The position numbers were made by a program, and so were the translations under genes. Below the pieces are notes generated by a model. That model searched no databases. It saw nothing but the letters and a program-made list of their open reading frames with translations, and had not been told where the DNA came from. Positions 48,295-57,603 of a stretch of DNA of 64,000 bases are shown piece after piece (position 1 is the stretch's first letter; the number at the start of each line of letters is the position of its first letter). Source of the DNA: an uncultured Gammaproteobacteria bacterium (GTDB taxonomy: Bacteria; Patescibacteriota; Patescibacteriia; UBA1558; 2-01-FULL-52-15); NCBI GenBank assembly GCA_964402565.1, contig CAYOCJ010000001.1, positions 352,079 to 416,078 of the forward strand. The letters are read 5' to 3'.

Positions 48295-48654
48295 ATGTGG
48301 ATCCAAATTATCGGCACGGTATTGGCAGGCATTGCTCTGGTGAGGATAGTCCAGAATTATCGCGCACGGAGGTTGTCAGGATCGCTCAGTTTTGTGTGGG
48401 GGTTGATATGGCTTTCAGTAGGTGTAATCTTTTGGTCGCCTGATATTGCAAGCAGATTAGCGCTTAGCGTTGGCATCGGGAGAGGAGCAGATCTCATCAC
48501 CTATAGCGCGATCATAGTTCTGGTGTATTTGGTGTATCGCATCTTTATCCGCATGGAGCGGCTCGAGCATTCACTGACCCAACTAACGCGCGCAATTACA
48601 TTGCATGATGCAAAAGGCAAAGATCATAGTACCAATACTGATTCTGAATTATAA
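48295..48654 (+). CDS. small 3-4 TM membrane protein (DUF2304-like) paired with the upstream GT2
   Basis: 119 aa and hydrophobic. The GT2 plus small-membrane-protein pairing is a recurrent arrangement. Confidence 0.4.
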   Translation: MWIQIIGTVLAGIALVRIVQNYRARRLSGSLSFVWGLIWLSVGVIFWSPDIASRLALSVGIGRGADLITYSAIIVLVYLVYRIFIRMERLEHSLTQLTRAITLHDAKGKDHSTNTDSEL

Positions 48655-49675
48655 CGGGCGGCAATACCTGGATGATTGCATCGGCTCACTTATTGCAGAT
48701 GTGTACGATGATCTCGAGCCTGTTATCTATGTCGTTGATAATCAATCAACGGATGATTCGGCCCAGTACCTGAGAGAGCGTTGGCCGGAGGTATGCATAT
48801 TTTCAGCACCGTCGAATCTTGGTTTTGCAGCAGGAAATAATTTTGGTTGGGCTCAGATACTGAAAGACATTCCTGAAGTCCAGTACCTTTTTCTATTGAA
48901 TCAGGACACTGTTGTTGAGCGGGGCTTCCTGGCGCCCTTGGTACGCGCATTCGAGCGTGATCCGCGTTTAGGATCTGCACAAGCGAAGCTGCTTTTGCAC
49001 CCTGAAACGACAAAGGTGAATTCACTGGGGAATGTCATTCATTTCCTTGGTTTTGGGTATGGCAGCTATGATGGCGTTGCTGAAGCATCGGCACCGAAAC
49101 AAGATCATGCGATCAACTATCCATCCGGCGCGGCGGTCCTGCTGCGAGCCAGCGCCCTGCGTGAAGTCGGTCTTTTTGATGATTTTATGTTCATGTATTT
49201 AGAAGATCTGGACCTTGGCTGGAGATTGTCTTTGGCCGGATGGAAGAATGTGCTGATCGCCTCATCGCGGGTCTACCATAAATATCAATTCAGCAGGAGC
49301 ATGAAGCAATACTATTTTTTTGAGCGGAACCGCCTGTGGATCATCTTGAAGAATTATCATATTGCAACACTGCTCCTGCTTGCGCCGGCATGGTCGATGA
49401 TGGAATTGGGGCAGCTGCTCTTCGCAGCGATCAACGGTGTATTGCCGAAGAAGATCAGCTCGTATACTTATTTTTTTTCAAGGAAACATCTGAACATGCT
49501 GAAAGAAGACCGTAAGCGCACGCAAGCGCTTCGCAAAGTGAAAGACAGGGATATTCTCAGTACATTTTCAGGCGTGATCGATTTTCAACCGTTGCAAAAT
49601 CCCTTGATCACCTATATTGCAAACCCGGTCTTTTCGTTGTACCATCGATTGATTCAGTATTGTATTTTTTGGTAA
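48605..49675 (+). CDS. GT2-family glycosyltransferase (rhamnosyl/WbbL-like, Glyco_tranf_2_3)
   Basis: N-terminal motif IVPILILNYNGRQYLDDCIGSL. A DxD region is present. It overlaps the upstream small ORF by about 50 nt in another frame. Confidence 0.6.
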   Translation: MMQKAKIIVPILILNYNGRQYLDDCIGSLIADVYDDLEPVIYVVDNQSTDDSAQYLRERWPEVCIFSAPSNLGFAAGNNFGWAQILKDIPEVQYLFLLNQDTVVERGFLAPLVRAFERDPRLGSAQAKLLLHPETTKVNSLGNVIHFLGFGYGSYDGVAEASAPKQDHAINYPSGAAVLLRASALREVGLFDDFMFMYLEDLDLGWRLSLAGWKNVLIASSRVYHKYQFSRSMKQYYFFERNRLWIILKNYHIATLLLLAPAWSMMELGQLLFAAINGVLPKKISSYTYFFSRKHLNMLKEDRKRTQALRKVKDRDILSTFSGVIDFQPLQNPLITYIANPVFSLYHRLIQYCIFW

Positions 49676-50820
49676 TGAAAATAGCGCATGTCGTTTCAAC
49701 ATTTCCGCCGTATAAAGCTGGTGTCGGCAATTCTGCGTACCACTTGAGCTGGGAGTTGGCCCAGTTGGGATGTGACGTGACCGTTTTTACGATCGCGACC
49801 AAGGGGCATTATGCCATGGATGCAAGCCTGCCTTTCAAGGTCGTGCGGTTGCGGCCATGGTTTTGGTATGGGAATGCCGGGTTTGTCCCGCAGCTGCTAT
49901 GGCGCCTGCAGGACTTCGATATTATTCACCTGCATTATCCTTTTTTTGGAGGCGCTGAAATGATATATCTGCGCGACATCGTACGGCCGCTCAATATCAT
50001 CCTGCATTACCATATGGATGTTGTCGGTGATGGCGTTATGAAACGTTTATTCTCATTTCACAGCGCCTATGTGCTGCCGCGCATTTTGGACCATGCGAAT
50101 AAGATTATTGTAACTTCGATGGATTATGCACGGCGTTCATTGCTGTATGATCGCATGGCGAAAGAGGAGGACAAGTTCATTGAAATTCCGCTCGGCGTTG
50201 ATCCTGATGTCTTCAAGCCGCGCATCAAACCAAAGGAACTGGTGCAGAAATACAATCTCCATAATAAGAAAGTGCTTTTGTTCGTGGGGGCGCTTGATCG
50301 TGCGCATTATTTCAAGGGCGTCAATTACCTTATCAAGGCCTTTCAGCTGATCTCATCGAACGATGCATATCGTCTTATCATCGTCGGCGGCGGCAATTTG
50401 AAACCGACCTATGAAAGCCTGGCCGTGAATTTCGGTCTTGAGCGCAAGGTGATCTTCACTGATACTGTGCCAGATGATGTCTTGCCGCTGTACTATAATC
50501 TGGCAGACATTTTTATTTTTCCCTCGATCGACAGCTCTGAAGCTTTCGGGATCGTTGCCCTGGAAGCAATGGCGTCAGGGCTGCCCGTGATCGCTTCAGA
50601 TCTGCCAGGCGTTCGGAGTGTTGTGGATAGGGAAGCGACAGGACTTCTGGTAAAACCGAAGGACGTGACCTATTTAGCAAAACAGATGCATTATTTACTT
50701 GAGAACCCGCAAGTGTGCAATAAGCTTGGCAAGCATGCGCGGTCACGGGTCTTGAATCGCTATACCTGGAAAGTGGTCGGCAGGGAGGTATATGATATGT
50801 ATCAGCAGCATCAACTATGA
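49675..50820 (+). CDS. GT4-family glycosyltransferase
   Basis: TAATG overlap with the upstream gene. Motifs MKIAHVVSTFPPYKAGVGN and EAFGIVALEAMASGLPVIASDLPGVRSVV. Confidence 0.8.
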   Translation: MKIAHVVSTFPPYKAGVGNSAYHLSWELAQLGCDVTVFTIATKGHYAMDASLPFKVVRLRPWFWYGNAGFVPQLLWRLQDFDIIHLHYPFFGGAEMIYLRDIVRPLNIILHYHMDVVGDGVMKRLFSFHSAYVLPRILDHANKIIVTSMDYARRSLLYDRMAKEEDKFIEIPLGVDPDVFKPRIKPKELVQKYNLHNKKVLLFVGALDRAHYFKGVNYLIKAFQLISSNDAYRLIIVGGGNLKPTYESLAVNFGLERKVIFTDTVPDDVLPLYYNLADIFIFPSIDSSEAFGIVALEAMASGLPVIASDLPGVRSVVDREATGLLVKPKDVTYLAKQMHYLLENPQVCNKLGKHARSRVLNRYTWKVVGREVYDMYQQHQL

Positions 50821-52016
50821 AGATCTGTATCGTAACTAATCTCTATCCGCCGCTCACGCGTGGCGGCGCTGAGATCATAGCTGAGACGATGGCACAGGGG
50901 CTGCATGCGAAGGGGCATGACGTATTCGTAGTCACCTCTGGGCCATATGCAGGTTTCAAATCGTTGCAGGCACGCTCTGAAAAGCGGCACGGCATCCAGG
51001 TATACTCGTGGTATCCTCTGAATCTTTATCAGTATGCGGACGGTCATACGAAGCCAGTTATCGTACGCTGCATCTGGCATGTCATTGATCTCTTCAATAT
51101 ACATTCGTGGCATCAGTTGAAAAAAATTTTGCGTCGCGAGAAGCCTGATCTCGTGATCACCCATAATCTGATGGGAATCGGTTTTCTTTCGCCAGTGGCC
51201 ATACGGCACATGCACATTCGCCATGTGCATGTGGTGCATGATGTCCAGCTCTATACTCCCTCGGGAATTATTTTACACGGCCAAGAGCATTCCTTCATAC
51301 AAAGTCTCTATACTGCGATCGGATACAGCACAGTGATGCGATGGCTGTTCAAAAAAGTTGAGCTTGTTATTTCGCCCTCACAATTCCTGATAGATTTTTA
51401 TGTACGGCATCGTTTTTTTTCAAACGCAAAAAAAGCGGTAGTCAAGAATCCGATATCATTCCCGGCACAGCAGCTGTATCGTCCGCAGAACGGCAGATTA
51501 CGATTGTTGTATATTGGTAATTTGCAAAAAGCTAAAGGAGCCGTTGACCTAGCCAAAACAGTCGCTCAACTAGACGACCCGAACATTACATTGACGCTTG
51601 TCGGAACTGGAGCAGATACAGACCGTATTCGATCGCTAGTAGAGCGATCAGATGGACGCATTATGCTTGCAGGCCGCGTGCAGCATGATGCATTGCCTGC
51701 GTTTTTCGCCAAGGCTGATGTACTAGTTGCTCCGACGCTTTGCTATGATAATTTCCCTACCGTAGTCGCTGAGTCTTTGCGCCACGGCATCCCTGCCATA
51801 GTTTCTGACCTTGGCGGAGCAAAAGAAATTGTGCGCAATGGACACAATGGCTGGGTCATACCCGTCAATGATTGGGATAGGCTTTTGTCTTTGATCCAGG
51901 AACTGGCGCGTGATCGATCTCAAATAGATGCAGCCGCATCCCAGGCTATCGACTCAGTGAAAGAGCTGACCGTCGATCAGTATAGCGATCAGTTGTTTCG
52001 TTTGCTTCAAAAATAA
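50817..52016 (+). CDS. GT4-family glycosyltransferase
   Basis: ATGA overlap with the upstream gene. Motifs MKICIVTNLYPPLTRGGAE and NFPTVVAESLRHGIPAIVSDLGGAKEIV. Confidence 0.8.
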   Translation: MKICIVTNLYPPLTRGGAEIIAETMAQGLHAKGHDVFVVTSGPYAGFKSLQARSEKRHGIQVYSWYPLNLYQYADGHTKPVIVRCIWHVIDLFNIHSWHQLKKILRREKPDLVITHNLMGIGFLSPVAIRHMHIRHVHVVHDVQLYTPSGIILHGQEHSFIQSLYTAIGYSTVMRWLFKKVELVISPSQFLIDFYVRHRFFSNAKKAVVKNPISFPAQQLYRPQNGRLRLLYIGNLQKAKGAVDLAKTVAQLDDPNITLTLVGTGADTDRIRSLVERSDGRIMLAGRVQHDALPAFFAKADVLVAPTLCYDNFPTVVAESLRHGIPAIVSDLGGAKEIVRNGHNGWVIPVNDWDRLLSLIQELARDRSQIDAAASQAIDSVKELTVDQYSDQLFRLLQK

Positions 52017-54102
52017 AGATATCGACGCGGCCGGTTTTTTCGTCTATGACATGCGTACGCGCGGCGCCTGTTTGCAAAGCTGTTCGAATTTTTTCAGAAG
52101 AATCCCAGTACTCATTGAGGACCACATAGACGGCCTGTACACCGGTGATTGCTCTTGTCTCATCAAGTGCATGCTGAGCCTGATCGTGATCTATGGTCAT
52201 GACCTTGAGGAATTTTTGGTAGAGCGGGCCATTCGTCGGGATTGGATAGTACAAGAGCCCGTTATGATATTGTGCGAAACCGTACGACTGCAGGGCAACC
52301 GCTGATACGGTCTGATCTGCAAGGACTACATACTCATGAGAGCCTGCATCAGCGTGTATCCACTGCACTGCATCATAGTCTGATGCTGAGGCGCTATATC
52401 CTTTATTTTGATCGCGAGTATCGAATCGAGGAAAGGATCCATACCATGACGCTGTTATGCCTAACGAGAGCAGCAGCACAGCGATCAGCATTGTCTGTCG
52501 TCCCATTGTGCTGGCTCGGCTGAATGTCGCAACAATGAAATACAGCGCCAGCGGGGCCAATGTGATCAAACAGAGCATTGCAATTCGCTGGGCAAAAATA
52601 TTTGATTCGATCTCGGTCGAAAAATCAAATTGCATGAAGGTCCGCATTCCTACATAGGCGCACAGCATTGTACCGGACATGATCAAAAATGGGCGCAAGT
52701 TTTTTTTCTGTGCTTTGTCCGCAAGAGCATATCCAGAAAGCGAAATGATGATCCAGAGAAAACCAGCGCTCTGAATGAAAGAATAGAGCAGGTCATCGAT
52801 ATTTGTGAACCGGAAAACAGAAGGCAAGAACGGCTGCCAGAGAGATATGCTTTGATAGAATCCGAAGTGAATAGAGAATTCGCCAGAACGAAGTGCAGCA
52901 ATGACGAGCATGCTTGGCACCATCACTATGCCGGCTGCAACGATCAGCGAAAGGAAAGTCATGCGTACTGTTGACGAAAGGGAGGTGCGTTGATACGCGA
53001 GAAAGAAAAATGCCATGATCGCCAGCGGTATGCCCGTCAGCGGATGCATCGCCGTGGCGGTTATGGCTATGCCTGCGAGCGGCCACCAGGGAAGAACATC
53101 AGTGGCATAGTGCAGGGCTGTAAACATGAAGAGTAGTGCAAGAAGATATGATGCTGCTTGCGGAGTGCTCTGGACCATATACGCATAGGGCAACAGAAGT
53201 ATGCTGAGAGCTGCGATCAATGAGAATTTTTTTTCTCGACCGATATACCGCAGGCCGCTACTGGCGGCTAAGGGCACAAGCACTGCACACAAGATCAAAT
53301 TGAGATACGTATTGGCATTTGCCAGAGGGATATGCACGATGCGCACGAGCCAAACCACGAGGGAATAGTATCCGACATAGTAGAACGGGCGCGGCTGTAT
53401 CGTATTATGAGTCAGCAGCAGCTGCTCAGTGGCATGATGAATGAACGGATCAAAGCCATAACCGAGGGGAAAGATGATAGCCAGTACGCAGAGTGATAGC
53501 GCATAGGCGGGAATTAATCTTTTCCAGCCGGCCCGGTCGCTGTAGATGATCGATGCCATCGATATACAGATCAGCACGCCGTAGATGACGAAGGAGATCG
53601 CCGGCATCAATGACCAGGGGGTTACTGCACTCGACAGCGTTCGCGAACGCATCATGAGAAAAAAGAGCAAACCTGCAAGTATGGTTATGCTGCCGAGACC
53701 CAACGTGGTCGTCGGACTCGGATAACGAAATGAAAATTCGATGCGGTCGGTTTTTTTGAGCACTCGCATATGAGTCAGCACCAGGAGCGGGCTGAGAGCA
53801 GTGATCAGGCCAAAAACGAAAGCATTCAATTCGTAGAAATAAAACAGGGACGTCAGTACGCAGGTGTAGTATCCAAGCATCATGAGCGCGCCCATCAGCC
53901 ATTGCGTTTCAGGATGATTATTGGGGAAATACGCTTTGCCAAGCAGTTTGCTGAAGAACAGGATATAGACCATGGCAACCGGGGCTGCGATAGTGATAGT
54001 TCCCATCTGTAATGACAGAAAAAGAGCGCTGATCAGAACTGCGCTTACTGATAGTTCATGGGGTATGGCAAGGGTTTGAGTGGCGGTGTTGTGCTTCTGC
54101 AT
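51946..54102 (-). CDS. large polytopic membrane protein with C-terminal soluble domain (GT-C-like / polymerase-like, unassigned)
   Basis: 718 aa, more than 12 TM helices and a hydrophilic C-terminal region of about 150 aa. Its 3' end overlaps the convergent GT4 gene by 71 nt. Confidence 0.5.
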   Translation of the reverse strand: MQKHNTATQTLAIPHELSVSAVLISALFLSLQMGTITIAAPVAMVYILFFSKLLGKAYFPNNHPETQWLMGALMMLGYYTCVLTSLFYFYELNAFVFGLITALSPLLVLTHMRVLKKTDRIEFSFRYPSPTTTLGLGSITILAGLLFFLMMRSRTLSSAVTPWSLMPAISFVIYGVLICISMASIIYSDRAGWKRLIPAYALSLCVLAIIFPLGYGFDPFIHHATEQLLLTHNTIQPRPFYYVGYYSLVVWLVRIVHIPLANANTYLNLILCAVLVPLAASSGLRYIGREKKFSLIAALSILLLPYAYMVQSTPQAASYLLALLFMFTALHYATDVLPWWPLAGIAITATAMHPLTGIPLAIMAFFFLAYQRTSLSSTVRMTFLSLIVAAGIVMVPSMLVIAALRSGEFSIHFGFYQSISLWQPFLPSVFRFTNIDDLLYSFIQSAGFLWIIISLSGYALADKAQKKNLRPFLIMSGTMLCAYVGMRTFMQFDFSTEIESNIFAQRIAMLCLITLAPLALYFIVATFSRASTMGRQTMLIAVLLLSLGITASWYGSFPRFDTRDQNKGYSASASDYDAVQWIHADAGSHEYVVLADQTVSAVALQSYGFAQYHNGLLYYPIPTNGPLYQKFLKVMTIDHDQAQHALDETRAITGVQAVYVVLNEYWDSSEKIRTALQTGAARTHVIDEKTGRVDIFIFEANETTDRYTDRRSALSLSR

Positions 54103-54187
54103 AGGTCGTGTACCCTATACTAGCATACCTTTTTTTCGAAAACCATATACATTTTTTGGTATACTATTATATGGAGCACACCGACCT
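54103..54187. promoter_or_regulatory. divergent promoter region between two polytopic membrane-protein genes with two TATACT boxes
   Basis: Sequence ctatactagcatacc.....tggtatactattatatgg. TGgTATACT fits an extended -10 on the + strand. Confidence 0.35.
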
Positions 54188-55786
54188 ATGACTGAGGTTC
54201 GCAGAATTCAAATTCTTAGTATCTACATTGCACTGTTCGTCCTGGTGCAGTCAGTTTTCATCTGGAATGGCGGAACATTCGGCGTCTTTAATTCGCCTGA
54301 TGCGAACGCGAATTATTATTTCTCATTGCAGATTTTCCAGGGCAAACCCCTCGGTATGCAGCTGCCGGATGCGCCGAACGAGGCACGGCAATTTTTATTC
54401 ACTCGAAGCACGCATATCGTAGGTGATACCGTGCTTCCGGTCGGGTTCCTGGGACTGATCATGATCTACGGATCTATCAGCAAGCTGCTATTCATAAACC
54501 TGATTCCATATCTGACTGTTTTTGCTTCAGCGGCCGGAATTTTTTTCTTTTATCATTTAATGAAATATTTTTTTTCATCAGACGCAGCGTTCGCGTCAGC
54601 TCTAGCACTCGGCCTGCATCCCGCATGGTGGTACTACACCAATGACTCATTGCTTCCAAACGTGCTTTTCATGAGCCTTGCTATCATCAGCTTTACGGCT
54701 GTATTGCGCGCCCTCACAAACAATTCAATTCGAATGGCTCTGATTGCAGGCATTGTCAGCGTGCTTGCGATCTGGGTCCGCATGTCTGAAGCGCTTTGGT
54801 TCATACCGCTGCTCATTCTTTTTTCATATATGGTGCCGGAGCATCCGAAAGAAGTACGCCGCACATTTTCAATATACTGGCTGACGGTTCTTGCCGGCGC
54901 GCTATGCGCATGGATGGTGCAACGAGGTTTGACTCAGACTTCACACCTGTTCGGGTATGTCGTACCAGGTGATGCTGCAAAAAATGGGGGAGGCCTGCTT
55001 TCATTGCTCTTCCCGTTTGGTTTTCACCCGCGTCTGATCGCCTTGCACGCCTATCAATATGGTTTACGGATATTTTGGCTGTATACGCTTGCGACGGCAG
55101 TGTCGCTTTGGATATCAGGCCTTGCAGTGTATGTCCGGTCTCGCCTGGCGAAAATATATTTTGCTGCAGCAGCAGTATGTTCGGCAGTCGTATTGATACT
55201 GTACGGATCATGGCAGGTGACTGATGCGCTGTCGCCATGGGCGATCACTATCGGCACTTCATATGTACGATATTTTTTGCCTGTGTATACCTTTGTCTGC
55301 ATACCGTTGATCGCGAATGGGGCCGTTAAGGGATTACAGTATGTTTCAAAAAAATATCGCTTTTCTGTTTTAGTAATGCTCGTCGGCATTGGCATTGTGT
55401 CGCTCTATGCAACGACTATGGCGGGTTTTCCTGAGTCTATCATTGCGAAGGCAGAAACAGTGAAAAGCTATGACACCATTGCCGGCTGGGTTCTCGAGCA
55501 TACATCTGAAGATAGCATCATACTCACGGCTAAAGGCGACAAATATCTCTGGCCAAAGAGGAATGTCATCACTTCATTTTCCACTCAGCAGGGGCTGCAG
55601 GCAGCTTTGATTTTTCAAAAGCAGGGGCATCCGCTGTACTATAGCGGCGTGACATTCGACCAAAAAAAACTTGATGAATTTAATACCAAGCTGCAGGCGG
55701 TTGGTCTGCTACTAGGTCTGCCTCTCTATACCTATGCCGATGTAAGTATTTATCCGATAACACCTCTCCAGCCTCATGCGCCATAG
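54188..55786 (+). CDS. polytopic membrane protein (GT-C-like, unassigned)
   Basis: The ORF is called from 54080. The ATG at 54188 (MTEVRRIQIL) avoids overlap with the divergent gene. More than 10 TM helices and a C-terminal soluble domain. Confidence 0.5.
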   Translation: MTEVRRIQILSIYIALFVLVQSVFIWNGGTFGVFNSPDANANYYFSLQIFQGKPLGMQLPDAPNEARQFLFTRSTHIVGDTVLPVGFLGLIMIYGSISKLLFINLIPYLTVFASAAGIFFFYHLMKYFFSSDAAFASALALGLHPAWWYYTNDSLLPNVLFMSLAIISFTAVLRALTNNSIRMALIAGIVSVLAIWVRMSEALWFIPLLILFSYMVPEHPKEVRRTFSIYWLTVLAGALCAWMVQRGLTQTSHLFGYVVPGDAAKNGGGLLSLLFPFGFHPRLIALHAYQYGLRIFWLYTLATAVSLWISGLAVYVRSRLAKIYFAAAAVCSAVVLILYGSWQVTDALSPWAITIGTSYVRYFLPVYTFVCIPLIANGAVKGLQYVSKKYRFSVLVMLVGIGIVSLYATTMAGFPESIIAKAETVKSYDTIAGWVLEHTSEDSIILTAKGDKYLWPKRNVITSFSTQQGLQAALIFQKQGHPLYYSGVTFDQKKLDEFNTKLQAVGLLLGLPLYTYADVSIYPITPLQPHAP

Positions 55787-56324
55787 TTCATATACATTCG
55801 TCATGCAGGCTGCTCGAGCAAGTATCTATGGCGTCATACCGCTGCTGGTTCTCGCGGCTATGATCATGCAGCTGAATCCAAGCGGAATCAGGAGCTTCCG
55901 GTATTCCGTCGGCAAACCCTCAGCGCTTATTTCTCAATTTTTTCCCGGACAGCGTTTAACCATGCCTCAGGACGGCAAGCAACAGGTGAAGCAGGAACCG
56001 GTATATGTATGGGTCCGTTATCCGCATCGATATGATAGTGCTGAGGTGCATGTAGCTATCGACAATCCTTCTGGGCGTATGTGGAAAGTCGGCATTGCTA
56101 CTGCGAGTACGCCGATGTGGGCATATTCACTGGCAGTACCCGACAGCAATGGGGATGCTGTATTTGAGCTATCAAAAGCATATGTAGACCATGGGCGTTT
56201 GCGTTTCATTATTTCAATTCCGGGTTTAGAAGCTGATAATGACGTTGCTCTCAAAGGTTTCGATATACGGTTGCAGCGCGAGTCGCTCCTACAGACACTG
56301 CAGAGAAGGCTCTTGCAGAAATAA
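55776..56324 (+). CDS. hypothetical signal-anchored extracytoplasmic protein
   Basis: An N-terminal hydrophobic segment (IYGVIPLLVLAAMIM) is followed by a beta-rich soluble region. No motif was recognised. Confidence 0.35.
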   Translation: MRHSSYTFVMQAARASIYGVIPLLVLAAMIMQLNPSGIRSFRYSVGKPSALISQFFPGQRLTMPQDGKQQVKQEPVYVWVRYPHRYDSAEVHVAIDNPSGRMWKVGIATASTPMWAYSLAVPDSNGDAVFELSKAYVDHGRLRFIISIPGLEADNDVALKGFDIRLQRESLLQTLQRRLLQK

Positions 56325-56325
56325 T

Positions 56326-56709
56326 ATGCTATCAATGTCATCAAAAAATAATTTTCGGCATTTGTACACTGACGTGAGCATTGCATTAACCTGTGGCGCT
56401 TTGATCTCGGTTTTGATCGAACTCTTGAATCCCGGTCTCATGAGCAGCATCGTGAACATCAGTGCGCTGTGGGCGCTGGCCGTGGTCATAGATTTCACAG
56501 GTATTTCCTGTTCGTTGTTTTCCGGATCCCTTGACCGGCTGCAACAGCAGTATGTGGAAGTATCGCTTGCTCTGTCTAGTGTATTGTTGCTTCTCTATTT
56601 TTCTTTACAATACAGTGCTCATTTGTTAGGTTTAGGTATAGTTTTCGTTATCTGCGGAGTATGCGCAGTTAATGTTTGGAAATTCTATGATAGAAGGGGT
56701 AACAATTAA
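56326..56709 (+). CDS. small 4-TM membrane protein, hypothetical
   Basis: The ORF is called from 56239. The ATG at 56326 sits directly after the upstream stop. The protein is hydrophobic. Confidence 0.35.
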   Translation: MLSMSSKNNFRHLYTDVSIALTCGALISVLIELLNPGLMSSIVNISALWALAVVIDFTGISCSLFSGSLDRLQQQYVEVSLALSSVLLLLYFSLQYSAHLLGLGIVFVICGVCAVNVWKFYDRRGNN

Positions 56710-57163
56710 ACAACTGAAAGTTCATCAGGATATTCCCGATACGGAGGAAGTCACCAAGCCGGGATTTCTTATGGAAGTGCTGCGCGATGATGAACAATTG
56801 CTCTCACATTTCGGCCAAACGACATTCACAGTTGCCTACCAGGGTACGATCAAAGCATTTCACCGGCATGAACGCCAAGATGATCTCTGGTTCATTGCAA
56901 CAGGCAAAGCGCGCGTAGTGCTGTATGATACCAGGGAAGCATCTGCTACATTCGGCAAAACACAGGTGATTCATGCAGGCGCAGGCGACTATAAATTGAT
57001 CTGCATCCCCGTAGGCGTTGCGCATGGTTATCAGGTGCTGTCAGAAGAACCGGTGCTTCTTTTTTACCACACGACAGCATCATATCATGCACAAAAACCG
57101 GATGAATTCAGGATCCCGTATAATGATCCTGCGATTGCGTTCGATTGGAATAAGCAGGACTAA
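56672..57163 (+). CDS. rmlC: dTDP-4-dehydrorhamnose 3,5-epimerase-like cupin (RmlC family)
   Basis: RmlC blocks FHRHERQ, ATGKARVVLYDTRE, IPVGVAHGYQVLSE and RIPYNDPAIAFDW. An alternative ATG is at 56687. Confidence 0.65.
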   Translation: MFGNSMIEGVTIKQLKVHQDIPDTEEVTKPGFLMEVLRDDEQLLSHFGQTTFTVAYQGTIKAFHRHERQDDLWFIATGKARVVLYDTREASATFGKTQVIHAGAGDYKLICIPVGVAHGYQVLSEEPVLLFYHTTASYHAQKPDEFRIPYNDPAIAFDWNKQD

Positions 57164-57174
57164 CCTATACGTCT

Positions 57175-57603
57175 ATGACTGATTGTATTTTCTGCAAAAT
57201 AATACGCCGCGAAATCCCTGCCCATATTCTGTATGAAGATGAACACTGTATTGTTTTTTTGGACGCCTTTCCTACGACGTCGGGTCATTCGCTGGTTGTG
57301 CCGAAAGTGCACTATGCGCGATTTGATGAAACGCCCCTTGAAGTCGTTGAAAAACTTGTATCCGTCATTCGCAGGCTCGCGCCTGAGATAGCAGCAGCGT
57401 TAAGCGCCGATGGTTTTAATCTTGGCCTGAATAATGGCTCTGCTGCTGGCCAGGTCGTTGAGCATGTACACTGGCATATCATTCCGCGCTCCTTCGACGA
57501 TGGCCTGAAAGCCTGGTCGCCGAAAAAAGGCGGATCAGAAGAACTCACAGCTGTTGCGAAGATGCTTTCAGATAGTTTGCGTAATGTACAGAACCCCGTA
57601 TGA
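57175..57603 (+). CDS. HIT-family (histidine triad) nucleotide hydrolase/transferase
   Basis: HIT motif HVHWHIIPR. Confidence 0.75.
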   Translation: MTDCIFCKIIRREIPAHILYEDEHCIVFLDAFPTTSGHSLVVPKVHYARFDETPLEVVEKLVSVIRRLAPEIAAALSADGFNLGLNNGSAAGQVVEHVHWHIIPRSFDDGLKAWSPKKGGSEELTAVAKMLSDSLRNVQNPV

